Positions 26,321-39,742 of a stretch of 64,000 bases of DNA are shown piece by piece. The translations under genes were made by a program, and so were the position numbers. The DNA comes from the human T2T-CHM13v2.0 reference genome, Homo sapiens: assembly GCF_009914755.1 (NCBI RefSeq), contig NC_060925.1; one strand, given 5' to 3'. The notes beneath the pieces are model-generated. The model had not been told where the DNA came from. It worked only from the letters and a program-made list of their open reading frames with translations, and made no database searches. Within the stretch, counting starts at the first letter, position 1. The number at the start of each line of letters is the position of its first letter.

Positions 26321-29300
26321 GCTCAATAACAAATATGTGAGTTTTTATTTCACCCCAGTGGTCAATTGTGGTGCTTTGCACCTAGTGGATACTTACTGGT
26401 TACCCTTCAAGAGCTGTTAAGAGCTTTAGTATTACAGGTGTTGAGCATTCAGCTGCCCTGCTCTGTTTCTCAGGCAGTATCCCTGTGACTATGCTGGCAC
26501 CTGCTGAAAGCCCTGTTCTTGCCACCTCCCAAGAATAGGAGGAACAGACAAGTACATTAGGCCATCTCTGCTGAGGTTCCCATCAGAGTAAGACTTATTT
26601 AAGGCAAGGAAAAGGCTTTTCTAGAGGCTTTTTATAGAGAAGAATGAGACCGCTGAGAAGTCACCTAGTCTAGCATTTTAAAACTTGACTCTGCAGTCAG
26701 CCAGGCAGATGACACATCAGTTTTATTAGAATAAAAACTGCTTAGTGTGTACCCTAACATTTGGTGGGTGAATGGATTGTTGATCATCAGAATCATCTAA
26801 GGAATTTTAAAAAATGTTACTAATTCTCAGTCCTTACTCTAGACCTAACAGATTTTTTGGATTGGGATCAAGTAGGTCGGGTAGTCCAGATTTGGCATCT
26901 ACAAATTTAATTCCCTTCCATCTTTTTATGGATAAAAGAAAATTGAAACTTAGGCAAACAGGTTTAGAAAAAAGACTTAGTTGTGAGTGAAACAGAAATG
27001 CTTTCCTATTTTCTTACCATTTTCTGCAAATGGAGGAGTTTCCCCTTCAAACTTGTACAGCAGGGGCCAGTGAATATAGTGAAAAGCATGACCCTTTAGA
27101 ACTACTGCGTATTTTATATTTGATCGAATGTTTGAACGCTTGCTTGTGTTCTGTGCTAGGTGCTAGGTTTCGAGTTTCAAGGAATCTTTAGTCTTGCGGG
27201 CTCTCAGTGCAGTAGGAAGCATATATAATAAGCAAATAACTGTATTAAAATAACTTTATTAAATAAGCCTCTTTCCGTGGGAAATCACGGACTTAACTAT
27301 TCTTGGCCCACATACCTCAACAGCTAATATAATAAAGACCCTAATATCTCTATGCTCCCCTTTCTGCCCTATTGTGGCTTGTCACTTGACACAGAATCAG
27401 CTGCATTTTAATAATGCAGCAAGCCACAATAGGACAGAAAGGGGAGCACAGAGATATTAGGGTCTTTATTATATTAGCTGTTGAGGGATGTGGGCCAGGA
27501 ATAGTTAAGTCTGTGATTTCCCATGGAAAGAGGCTCTCATTTAGATTGGTAAACAGACTGATCCAAAGTGCAATGTCCTTGCAGGGACATTTCCCTGGGA
27601 GGTTGGAAAGTATTCAAAGGTGATTTGATTTAGCTGCTGTCCAAGCTCAGCTGAAACAGCCCGTTTTATGGGCCTCTTGGACCATTCTGTGAGCTCCAGT
27701 GTTATAAGGCGGCATTTTTTTTTTCTTTTTGGTTGGGAGGATGTGATTAAGATAAAGAGAGGAGGAGAAGGCACCAAGGTAGACAGAAAATGATTTTACA
27801 TATGGCCTCAGTCAGTATGTCTGGCATTATTCCCTGTACTGCTGTCAAACTTTGGGCAAGTATCTACAGTTCTCTAATCTTTAGGCCTCTTAACTGTGAA
27901 ACAGAGGTAGCAACCTTGTTTGCTTATTTAATGGGATTGTCACCAGGATCAAATGAGATGTGTGAAAATACTTTGAAACTGTAAACTGCACAGTGAAGGG
28001 TCCTTTAAATGACTATCAAGAAATCTATTTGGTGATAATGGCATGTGTGTGTCCCAGACATGTGATTCCTAGGCCTGCCTGGAAGGTGAGCTGAAACATT
28101 ATGATCACAGTGGAGGATTATGGGAAGTTTCAAAGTACAGTTCCTGGGAGGGTGAAGGACTCCTGACTCTGCCAAATACCGGATGTGCTATACCAAACAT
28201 AATGCTCCCTCTAACAGAAGGTGATGGCATCCTTGGATTCTTTGGGAAGGTGATGCACATTGGAGGAAATGCAACTCAAATATGCCTCCCCAGGCAAGAG
28301 AATCCATAGGAAGAAGCTTGTGATGGGAGGATTTACATCTGGAGAGATTAGAGTAGATGGATACAAAGTGATGCTAGTATGTAAAATAATTTTCTACCCA
28401 CCTCGATAAGATCCTCATAGGAGAAATGATCTTTGTAGAAAGATAAAGTCAAGAAAAAAATACAGAGATTTCTCCGTGACCTTCAGGTCTAGTGAAACAC
28501 AGGAGAATTGCCTTTGGACAGGATTATCTGATAAAGTGAGATCACGGCAATCAGATGATTATTATTTAATGATAGCACTTAATAATTGCTCAGCCTAATC
28601 TTAGCTCATTAAAGCAATATGGAAAGTAGTAGTAAACTTGGTTTGAAACTGTTATTGGTATAAAATATTTTGATGATGACATAATAGGAATCTATAGCAT
28701 AGCTTCCCAACCCACAGGTCTCCATATTGATTCCTCCAGCCCTGCAAATCTATGAGTGACCCCTCCCAGGTTCCACACTCCTTCAGTTTTCCCCAGTTAC
28801 CAGTGTTCTGGGTGCCATGGATAAAGGTCTGTTTCTGAAACCAGAGCTCTCTTCTTGCTGAGATTCTCCACTTTGCCTGAATGTGCCCCAATTTCCTTGT
28901 TTGCTCTGGCTCTTCTGTCAGAGCTATACACTTACTTGTCTTTTCTTTTGTGATCTCTTTTGACTTGGCGCCTAATGGAAACTTCTGCATCAGTGAGGTC
29001 CAGTGTGATAGTAAATGATGGAATATTGCAATATCACGTGTTGGCTGGGATTTCTGGGTCCATTGCTTCATATCCCATCTGAGTTCATTCTGTAGCAGCC
29101 ATTTACCTAAAATATTTTCCAGGTGTGTGCTTATTATATTAGTACGCTTAATTTGTCTATATTCTTGGGTTTAATCTTTGAAATTTTGAATTAAACTGTA
29201 TTAACAAAGACAAGTCATTATTTTATTAGATGCACTGTGTTGGTAATGCTTTCCTAAGTTGCCTCAGAAGATCTTCTAATCTTAACAAATGTTTTGTCAC

Positions 29301-30188
29301 ATTTTATCCTTTATCTGTCTTATCTATTGATTCTTGCCTAGGACCAATTATTGTAGATATCATACCCGTCTTGGTTACCATTGTGCCTAAACCCAGATAC
29401 CATTTATAGTTTTATCTAAAAGTCTATGAATGAAATCATACTCTCTTGCTGTCTTATTATTCTAAAAGTGTGATATTTTATGTGAACTAGATTTTATAAC
29501 AAGCTTTCCTTTTTATAATCTGGCAGCAGTATAAATTGTTGATGTTTATTCTTCTATCCCTTTTACATGATAGATGAATCTGTTCAATTTTGGCTTTTGA
29601 GTGACTCATATGTGGTTAGCATTCTGCTGTGGCATTGGGTGGTCTTTAGCATTTTATTGGACTATTTTATGAAACATCTCCAAAGAAATATGTTGGAACT
29701 GGTATTTATTACCTTAATCTTATTGTCTGCCTTGAGAAGCTGCTAACTAAATGTTTTCTCCAGCTTTTCCTTAATTGCAGTGTGGTTAATTCCTCTCAAC
29801 TGCAGGAAGCCAAGGTATTTATAGATTGTTGTTATTATTTTTTGTGGCCTGTAGAAGTAATCGGCATTCAACGAATGCCAAGAACATGCTTGGCATGAAG
29901 TAGTACATAGAATTAGATCCAGTTCCTGCCCCATGAACTTGATGTGAGATAAGCTAACTGGGGAGGAGAGAAGGAAGAGAAGACTTTCCAAAAAATTGTA
30001 TCTCTTCTAAAATTGGGAGAAAATGAATTTCAGTTTAAAAGGAAACCTTAAGAATTCAATTAATAGGATAAAACACAGGTGAAACAGTCAGTAAAAGCTA
30101 AGACACTATTTATGCTAAATTCATGAATCTAAGGAGTGAGCTATAGTAAGCCCTGGTATAATGGATAATTTATCTCAAAGCAAAACTG

Positions 30189-30486
30189 GGCTGGGCGCAG
30201 TGGCTCACACCTGTAATCCCAGCACTTTAGGAGGCCGAGGCAGACAGATCACATGAGGCCAGGAGTTTGAGACCAGCGTGGCCAACATGGCAAACCACCA
30301 TCTCTACTAAAAATACAAAAATTCCAGGTTTGGAGGTGCATATGTAATTCCAGCTACTGGGGAGGCTGAGGCATGAAAATCGCTTGAACCGGGAGGTGGA
30401 GGTTGTACTGAGCTGAGATCACACTACTGCACTCCAGCCTGGAGTGACAGAGGGAGACTTTGTCTTAAAAAAAAAAAAAAAAAAAA
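30189..30486 (+). mobile_element. Alu (J/early S), sense
   Basis: ggctgggcgcagtggctcacacctgtaatccc...poly-A; TSD aaag(c/t)aaaac. Confidence 0.9.
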
Positions 30487-30589
30487 GTAAAACCGTAGTG
30501 CTGTAAATGGGGGAGGAGAGGAAGGAGAGTAGGGAAAAAGTCAAGATGTGGAGATGCATGCATTCAGTGGAAGGATTAAGGAATCCTGA

Positions 30590-31230
30590 AAATTACCCTG
30601 AATTCATCTCCCTCTCCAACAGCCACATCTGATCAGTTTCCAAGTCCTGTCCCTATTATCTCCCAGATATCCTCTCCTCCTATCCCTGATTCTTTTGCTC
30701 TGTTTTAGGTCCTTCTTATCTGTCACTGGTCTCTTGTCATGTCCTCTCCAATCTATCATCCATGAAGCAGCCATATAAACCTGATCAAAGTTCGTGGCTC
30801 AAAACCCTTAGGTGGCTGCACATGACTTAAGAGTAGCAATGCAAGGCCTTCATGACCTGACCCTGCCTGCATGTTCAGCCTTATCTCATCTGGCAGAGGA
30901 CTTGTAGCATCTGAACACACCAACAGGCCATGCTGCCTCAACTCTCCATTTCTATGCACGCTGATGTTCCTGCCTAGAATGGCCTGCCTTCTCTATTTCT
31001 ATCCAACCAACTATTTATCCTTCAAGTTCAAAAATTATCTTCTCTGTGAGTACTTCTGACTTGTATCCAAGCAAATTAGGTGTTTGCCTTTCTGTGCTTC
31101 TACTGGACTTGGTAGATATAACCTTATTACAGCAGTGACCTTAGCACATTGTCACTGTTGAATCATATGTCTCTCTTTATGTGTACTGTTAACGTTTAGA
31201 AGACAGATGTCATGTCTTTTGTTTTTTATG
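30590..31230 (-). mobile_element. L2 fragment
   Basis: Pyrimidine-rich L2-type text (caaggccttcatgacctgaccctgcc; gttcctgcctagaatgg). Confidence 0.55.
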
Positions 31231-34101
31231 TCCTCAGAGGTATTGGTTGCCGGCTGATGGAAGGACTGGCTGGGTCATGTCAGGATGCAGGCTACTCAAG
31301 GACAGTGTGGATACTGAGTATCTGCAAAGGTTTTCGACTTTCATATACTGCAAGGGGGAAAGACAGGCTCTTGGAATTGTGGGAAGATGAATTTATTTCT
31401 CATTCTGGAAGGTTTCCAGTACTGGAGGACAGGAACAGTTGGTACAAATGTCCTGGATTTGTGGATATAATCTTGATGGGGGGACACCTGTTCTGTCTGC
31501 AGAACTGGCATTTATTTTGGACCCTGAGAAGCAGAAGCCTTCTGCATCTCCCAAGGGGGCAGCCAGGTCTGTGCAGGGAGGTTGCAGACCCAGGTTTGCG
31601 TTGTAATACAATTACTCTCACCATCTGGGGTTCTGCCTTAAAGCATGAGGGTGACTTGAACACTTCTGACCTCTGGAAACTCGGGGACGGTGAATTTCAA
31701 GACCAAAAGTGGCAAAGAGGCTGACTTACTTTTGGGAACATTAAAGGCCTCCATCTAAATGAACTTTGTGCATGTAGTGGACCACGTTTCATTTGATTCA
31801 CCCATGTTACTTAAATTTGTTTAGGAATGGAATATTGTAATTGATTATTTTGTAGTGGGAATTTTAAGCATTTAAAAAATTTGTTAACAATTTATTTTTT
31901 ATTGACTTTCCTGTGTATGTACAACTGTTGTCTAGTGTTGTAGAGGAATATGATTTAGGTGTATAATACAATTTAGAATCCTGAGATTCTGGGAGTCTAG
32001 TGAAAGCTATGTTATAGAAGCAAGTGAAAACATTGAAATAACCCGAGTTAGTACTATAAAAATGGCCTCAACAAATGCTGTACATCATTCTTCAGAGGAG
32101 CAGGGTACTGCTATGGTGTGGAGTAGTCAGGGAGTGCTTCACAGGGAAGAAAATGCAATTTGAGCTGTGTCTTGAAGTGGGGTAGAATTTGAAGAGGTAT
32201 AATAAAGAAAGGTAGTTCTGGGGCAGGAAAACAGCTACTGAGATGGGGATTCTTTATTTATTTATTTATTTTTTAATGTATGGTGTTATTTGACCAAGTA
32301 TTTTATGATATAGATCTAGGCTCATGATCCTCCAACTCCCTTAATCTTATCTAACCTCTTCTAATTCTTTGAATACCTACCATGTATTCAGTATTGGGCT
32401 GGATACAAAAGAAATGCAAGACATCATTCTTTTCTTTATGGAGCTTCAGTCTTGTAGATTACCGTATCATATGGAAAAACATAGAACCAGCAGCAGTTTT
32501 TGGAAATGAGAATGTAAAATTAGAACTTCAGATTCTGTCTTGCTGGTATGATACCCTGGGCTTACTCTCATTCTCTCACTGCTTTCCAGATGTGTCCTTT
32601 TTCTTTTCTCATGTGCTGCAGAGGTGGGTAAATAGGGTACTCTCTACCTTTCATGACAGGAAATTCAATGTCAGGTGATTTGCCAAAGTTTAGAGACAAG
32701 TTGGTGGAAGAACCACAGTGAGATGTTTGTGTTTTTGTGTGTTTGTTTAAAAATTGCTTCTCAGCTGGCTGTAGTATGAAGGGAGTTGCCTTGGAGCATA
32801 CAGAAGTACCTCCTAGCTTTTCTGGGGTGAATACTGCCCTTCCAAACATGCTCTGGTATTTTAGAAAGAGGTGTAATACATCAGGTCAACCAGAGTGCAG
32901 GTCAGAGTGCAGCAGCTCTGAGTCTGTTGCTGAGGAATTAGTGACTCATATGAAAAGCACCTCGGACTTGCTCATGAAGATTCTGAGATCCTCGTCAACT
33001 TGGTACTTGATCTCTGAATTTCCGTTCTACCCTCAGTCCTCTTGGGCCTTGGTTTTAGTGGAGGTAGGAGCTGAGAGTTGGAGTTGATCTTCGTTTGCTT
33101 CTTTGACTTTGTCTTTGATGGACCCCCCTGTCACAGATTAGGAGACAAAGCATGATTGGCATTTGCACTCAGCCTCCTGCAAAAATGCCATTTCTCAACA
33201 TTTTCTTTCCATCTATCTCTTCTTTGTCAGTTTCAGCCTCTCAGCCACATTGATAAGCACATTCAAATTCTGGGCCACTCCTGCCACCCTGTGAGCCGTT
33301 TGTCTGTCCCTCTGCACTTCTGCAGCACTATTGATTTGCCGTTTGCTTGCACTTTAACTGGATCTGGATTGGCGTGTGCCTCTGGAAGGTTTTCCATCTA
33401 TTGATCAGAGTTAATGGTACCCATCACCATGGTTTCTAGGATTGCTGTCTGGGATCAGCACAGTGTTGTTGCTAACCATTTTTTTGCCATGAAGCTGAGG
33501 CAGTCCAGGGACTCTGAGGCACTTAGAAGTAAACCTCAGAGCTCTGTTTTTCTTTTCAGAAATCTGTATGTGAGGATCTTTTTCTGCCCTTTCTCTGCTT
33601 GATTTCAAAATCCATCTTCTTCTTGTTCAGTTGCCTGCTCCTCATTCTGCTGTCTGACGGATGAAAAAACTCATGCCTTCTCTCCTGTGTGGTTGCTCAG
33701 GGTCTCCCTTGAGCCTTCAGTTATGCACATGCGTACACACACACATGTAATTGGGTCTCGCTGTGTTGCTGTATACCTAGACAGGCATTTCTCTTGTGGC
33801 TGCTCATATTGCTATCCTTCCTACATAGCCACTTAGGAATCCACAGACAGAGCAACCTCCTTAACAGAAAGCAAGCAAGCGGTGATTGGCTTGGAGTGTG
33901 TATGTAAGCATATATGGGTCTGTGAGAGAATACTAGGTGGGTAAGAGGGGGTGCTGGTGTGGTCAGTGAAGCCACTGTCAGTACCTCACATTAAATGTTA
34001 AATGTAACCCCAGGAAACAGGATACATTGACACCTTTTTTTAAAAATGCATAATCTGTTGATTTGGTAAATAACTCTAGTTGGTGTAGCAGATATGCACA
34101 G

Positions 34102-34248
34102 TGTATTGGTAGCCAATTGCCTCAAAACCTAACAGCTTAAAGCAATCATAATCATTTATTCTGTCATAGTTTCTGTGAGTCAGGTTTTCAGAAAAAAGCA
34201 TAGCCCGGTGGTCCTTGCTCAAGGTCTCTTAGGAGACTGCAGTTAGTC
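34102..34248 (-). mobile_element. MLT1 LTR fragment
   Basis: cagcttaaagcaatc...atttattctgtcatagtttctgtgagtcagg. Confidence 0.55.
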
Positions 34249-34832
34249 TAAGTTTCTGTTGTGCAGTGGGGCGGTGGTGATGGTGGGATACGTGGTTTCC
34301 CTTTGGCTTGGTTTTGTAAATGTGGGCAGAGTGGCCCAAGAGGATAAGACTTTGTGGAGATGGGTGGGAGGAGTTTGCAGTTTTTAGAATTTGTATAAAA
34401 ATACATACATTGAAATTAATATGAGGTTATTAATAATTGTTGTGTTATACCCTTGAATAGCATTTAATTTTATTCATTTGGTTCCCCAGATCCATCCTGG
34501 ATAGATAGTGGGGGGAGAAGCTGGTGAGGCCAAGTGCCAGTTTTTGAAGAACATCTCTGTGACCCTGGCAAGCTGGAGCCAGAGGCCTGGGCTCCTGTCT
34601 GCCTGGGGGCCATCCAGAAGGACTGAGCTTGCTTTTTCAGCACCCGTTTCTTCCTTACTTTTCCATGACTTCACTTAGGAGCCAAGGCATTGAGAAAGCC
34701 CTTCTCTAAGAGAGGTCATGTGCTTAGCTGGCAAGGCTACAGGCAGCACCTGTGGCACCCCTGGTGTGCCAGGGGTGTTTTACTGTCTTGCTAGTGAAAC
34801 CATTCTTGAGGAAGGGGAAGGGACACTGCACC

Positions 34833-34946
34833 TAGGGCAGTTAGCCAGAGCAGGGGTTCACACAGGGCCAGGGATTCCTGGGATGTGGGACTTTCACTGC
34901 TAAAACCAGGGCAGTGCCAGGCAAACTGGGATGGTTGGTCAACCTA
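34833..34946. mobile_element. MER81 (hAT-Blackjack) MITE
   Basis: ttcctgggatgtgggactttcactgctaaaaccagggcagtgccaggcaaactgggatggttggtcaaccta matches the MER81 consensus pattern. Confidence 0.7.
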
Positions 34947-35813
34947 ACTATACTTGCAGATGCTTCCTGGTTGACCTCCACCTCTACTGCCCTTGCCCTT
35001 GCTTCTTACACCTGAGTAACAAACCTCATAATAGGTAAGCATCTGGCAGAAGGCTCCCTTGTGGATGAGGGCTCTGGCTTGGGGCATGTTGTATTTCACT
35101 CTGCCCTAGTGTCTACCTCTTAGCCCATCCTGGGTTTTGACCTCATTCCCTCCTTAGTTGTTATTTTCTTGGGATATCCCAGAACTCCAGGGATGAGGTG
35201 GTTGAAGACCACAAGGCTCTAACCACCAAGACACTGTGTTTCTGTTTGGTGCTGAAGGATTGCAGGGGTCTCTGGGTTGGAAGCCAGTGTGGCCCTGTGG
35301 CTTGCTTCCTGTTTGTTTTTGTGGGTGGGAGCTCTACCCTGCTGTCCATTCCAGATACAAGCCTAGACACTATCTATCAGGGGCTTACAGATAGCCTGTG
35401 AATGGGAAAGGACTGATGACAGGATGTCCACAGATCTCAGTGCTGGAGGAACAATGGATGCTTTCTCAGAGGCTCACTTCCAGAATTTTGCTTTGTTGAA
35501 TGGGATATATGGAGGGAGTGTTGAAAAGGCTTTGTTACGAGAGGAGGAGAAAGGGAGATGAGGCCACTGGTGCAGTGGAATAACCCTCTGTAGGAAGAAC
35601 AGGGATTTCTGTCAGGGATGTTTGTTTAGCTCTGTGGTATGTAATTTGAATCTTTCGCCACAAAACAATCTTTATTAAAATATTGGTTTCTCCTTAAAAA
35701 TAGCTTTTGTCAGACAAATCTGAACCCTTGCTGTGTTTCATTGGCATCTCTCAGAATGGGAGGCAAGCCGTGTGATTTCAGGTTCAGTTTCTCAGCCAGA
35801 GTTGCCGTCTTAC

Positions 35814-36109
35814 TTTTTTTTTTTCTTTTGAGGCAGTCTTACTTTGTCGCCCAGGCTGGAGGGCAGTGTGTGATCTCGACTCGCTGCAACCTCTGCCTCC
35901 CTGGTTCAAGTGATTATCATGCCTCAGCCTCCTGAATAGCTGAGATTACAGGTGTGCACCACCACACGCAGCTAATTTTTTGTATTTTCAGTAGAGACAA
36001 GGTTTTGCCATCTTGGCCAGGCTGGTCTTGAACCCCTAGCCTCAAGTGATCCACCTGCCTCAGCCTCCCATAGTGCTGGGTTTACAGGTGTGAGCCACCG
36101 CACCCGGCC
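35814..36109 (-). mobile_element. Alu (S/J)
   Basis: Reverse Alu body; TSD gc(c/a)gtctta. Confidence 0.9.
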
Positions 36110-36289
36110 TGCAGTCTTAATTTTGTTTTCTAAAGCATTTCTCTGTGTCCCAGAGAAGACCTTTGCCTGCAGGCCCTCTGTTCTCATCCACAACTACTTT
36201 CTTTTTTATTCCCTGGTTCCTTTTGTATTCATTCAAGGTCCTCCAGACAATCATTTATTTGCTAGGACAGAGTGTGGTCAATCTCTATA

Positions 36290-37055
36290 TATATTATTAG
36301 AATCAAGGGCACACGTGCAGGTCTGTTACATGGGTATACCCATGTTTAGCTCCCATTTATAAGTGAGAACCTACAATAGTTGGTTTTCTGCTCCTGTGTT
36401 AATTCCCTTAGGAAAATGGCCTCCATCTGCATTCACATTGCTTCAAAGGACATGATTTCTTTCTTTTTTTCACTGTGTAGCATTCTGTGGTGCATATGTA
36501 GCACATTTTCTTTATCCAGTTCACTGTCGATGGACACCTGGATTGATTCCATGCCTTTGCTATTGTGAATAATGCTGCAATGAACATATCAGTGCATATA
36601 TCTTTTTTGGTAGAATGATTTATTTTCCTTTGGGTATATAACCAGTAATGGGATTGCTGGCTCAAATGGTAGTTCAGCTCTTAGTTCTTTGAGAAATCTC
36701 CAGACTTCTCCACCGTAGCTGGACTAATTTATATTCCCACCAACAGTATAGAAGCGCGCCCTTTTCTCCACAACCTGACCGACATCCGTAATTTTTTGAC
36801 TTTTTAACAAAAGCCATTCTGATTGGTGTGAGATGGTATCTCACTGTGGTTTCGATTCGCATTTCTCTAGTGATGATGAGCATTTTTTTACATTTGTTGG
36901 CCTTGTGTATGTCTTCTTTTGAGAAGTGTCTATTCATGTTCTTTGCCTACGTTTTATTGGATTTGTTTTTTTGCTTATTGATTTAAGTTATTAAGCCTTT
37001 GTCGGATGCAAAGTTTGCAAATATTTACTACCATTCTGTAGGTTGTTTGTTTACA
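36290..37055 (-). mobile_element. L1PA15/16-like 3' end with an internal 3'UTR deletion
   Basis: ORFs 36408..36665 and 36674..36937(-) are the L1 ORF2 C-terminus (MNRHFSKEDI...RYHLTPIRMA). Confidence 0.82.
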
Positions 37056-39486
37056 GTCTCTTTTATTCTTGCCTCCTTATCTTTGGCAAATAGAAAGTGT
37101 TCTGTAATTTTTAAAAAAGGAATGGAGCTTCAATGTGAAATACTAGGTGCTTTCCCTACATGGTCTCATTTAATCACACTGGTAATCTTGCAAAATTTCA
37201 CTTCATAAATGATGAAGCTGAGGTGCTGGGAGGTTGACCAGATGGCTCAAATTCATAGAGCAGCTAGAAAGTGGTGCAGCTGGAATTGGAACCAATGAGA
37301 CTTTTCATGTGATTCTAATATATATTTTTATTTTTAGAGCATTGGCTTTGAAGCCAGGATACCTGGGTCATAGCCTCTCTCACTTTGATTCTGTAACTTA
37401 GTGACCTTGAGCAAGACTCCTGATCATTGAACATTAGTCAGTCCTGCCTTGTTGGAGTAAAACAAGATGTGGGGCCAAAAGACCTTGGAGCTACTTTCTA
37501 GTGCTGATGTCTCTCTTCCCTCTTTGTTTCTGGGAAAATCTGTCCTCATCATCCATGTGTGCCCCTCACCTCCGTCTCCTTTCACTGATCGCCCTTGTGT
37601 ACTCTTTTCTCTTTGACTTCTCTGATTATTTTGTGGCTTTTCTTGCTCTCTTTCTTTCCACCTTTTGGTTAGAGGAACTAATGCCGGGACTTAATTTCTC
37701 AGACTTTCTACTTCCCTTTAGCTTACTTGGATTACCTTATCTGAAAAATCATTGCAAAAATAGTTGCTGTTTTGTGATGCTGCTGCCGATGTTAATGAGA
37801 ATGATTAATTCCTCTGCTATGAGGACTGTTGGGTGGATCACCATAGGAAGTTGGGTAATATGATGGAGTCTTTATAGTGCAGGAGGAGTGGGACTGCCTG
37901 AAGGCAGGTAAAGAACTAGAAAACATCTTAAAATTTCTTGCTTAAAAACAGGAAAAGCTATCATTTGTCCATTCATTTGTTTGGTGGGCCAAGCTTTGTA
38001 CTGGGCGCTCAGGATACAGTGGTGACAACAACAGTTATACCTTGGAGCTACCAATGCAGTCTAGTTTGGAGAGACACAGTTAATCTAAGAAACAGATATT
38101 AACTCACAACTCTGATAAGTGGAACCAGGTATAACAGGGAGAACTAACTTAGATGTAGAGCTGACAGAAGATCTAAATGCCAATCACTTCATATGTATTA
38201 TTTTATTTAATCTTTACAGTGGCTCTGTAAGGAAGATGGATAGAATGACAAGAGTGGACATCCTTATCTCGTTCCTGATCTTAAAGGAAAAACATTCAGT
38301 CTTTCACCATTAAATAGGACGTGGGTTTTTGTAGAAGCCCTTTATTAGTTTGAGGAAGTTCCTTTCTATCCATAATTTGGTGTGCGTGTGTTTCTGCGTG
38401 TGTGTGTGTTTAAATCATGAAAGGGTATGAAAGGGTATTGGATTTTGTCAAATGTGGGGTTTTTTTTGTCTGTTGAGATGAACATATGGTCATATGTTGA
38501 ACTAACCTTTTATTCTTGGTGTACATTCTACTTGATCATTGTGTATGATCCTTTTTGTATGTTGCCGAATTTGTCTTGCTAGTACTTCCTTGAGGATTTG
38601 AGGACAGGCATTGTTAAAGGCGAAAGCATGTGTAGCATATTGTCATCTTTCTTTCTGCTAACAGTGTAGGAAGTTTTAGAAAAATCCTAAAAATCAGCTT
38701 CAAGGACTCAAAAGGTGTAGTATTAATAGTAGTCTGGAGCCATTCCTTGCAGGGTCGTTGCTGACTTGTAACTTACACGTTAAGTGATGTATGTAAAGGT
38801 TATTCTGGCTTATAGAGACTCGATTGTTAGGACAGCGTGGAATATATTTTAGAGAGATTTCTAATCAAGAGAGTTTAAAATATAGAAAACTTTATATTTA
38901 AGTGGGGAACATGCCAGTTATCTGGAAATTTTACTCATTTGTGGGGTTTCATTCAGCAGTGAGGCTGACAAATGATTAATGACTGCACTGCAGACCCCAC
39001 ATTCCCAACTCCAGGAAGGCTTTTCCTGGTCGCAACTTGCTCAGTCGGAGGCAAATGTGACAGGGTGTTTACCTCAAACTGAGCCCATCCCATGAGGTTC
39101 TGTGAGCAGTGTCATAGTTAGCCATTCCCTGATGAGGGGTGGCAGGTGGGGGTGTTTGCCAGTTGTCTCTGTGGTCTGGTCACTGGTAACACTCTGCTTG
39201 TGCCATTCACCACTTCCGTCTTCACTCCTCTTTGATTCTGTTGAGACTAATTTCTTGATTCTGCCCTTCCATTTACTCTGGCATTTTAGATCACCTCACT
39301 CTGTGTACAGTTATTAGTCTATGAGAATTCAAGGAGGCTATTATGGTAAAGCTACAAATTCTGTACCTTCAGGATCTTCTTGGCTCACAAAGCAAGAACA
39401 TGATAATACAAAGAATATTATCTCCTTATGATTTTATAATATTTTCTAAACTATAAAACTTTGATCTGCATTATCTAATTTTGATT

Positions 39487-39742
39487 TGCAGTGGTGCAAT
39501 CATGGCCCACTGTAGCCTTGACCTCCGGGGCTCAAGCGATCCTCCCACCATGGCCTCCTGATTAGCTGGCACTACAAGCGTGTACCACCACACCTGGCTA
39601 AATTTTTTCATTTTTATTTTTTATAGAGATAGGATCTTCCTATGTTGCCTAGGCTGGTCTTGTACTCTTGGGCTCAAGTGATCCCCCCACCTCGGCCTCT
39701 CAAAGTGCTGGGATTTCAGGAGTGAGCCATCATGTCTGGCCC
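39487..39742 (-). mobile_element. 3'-truncated (tailless) AluJ with 14-bp TSD
   Basis: Body begins at tgcagtggtgcaatc; flanked by atctaattttgatt. Confidence 0.88.

Noticed and set aside
31212-31724. 170-aa ORF (also 28652-29071 and 41233-41691)
   Set aside because: No recognisable domain or exon structure; lengths are compatible with chance in 64 kb.
38419-38440. Short tandem duplications (tgaaagggta x2; also tttacatag x2 near 23970)
   Set aside because: Ordinary slippage events inside old repeats.
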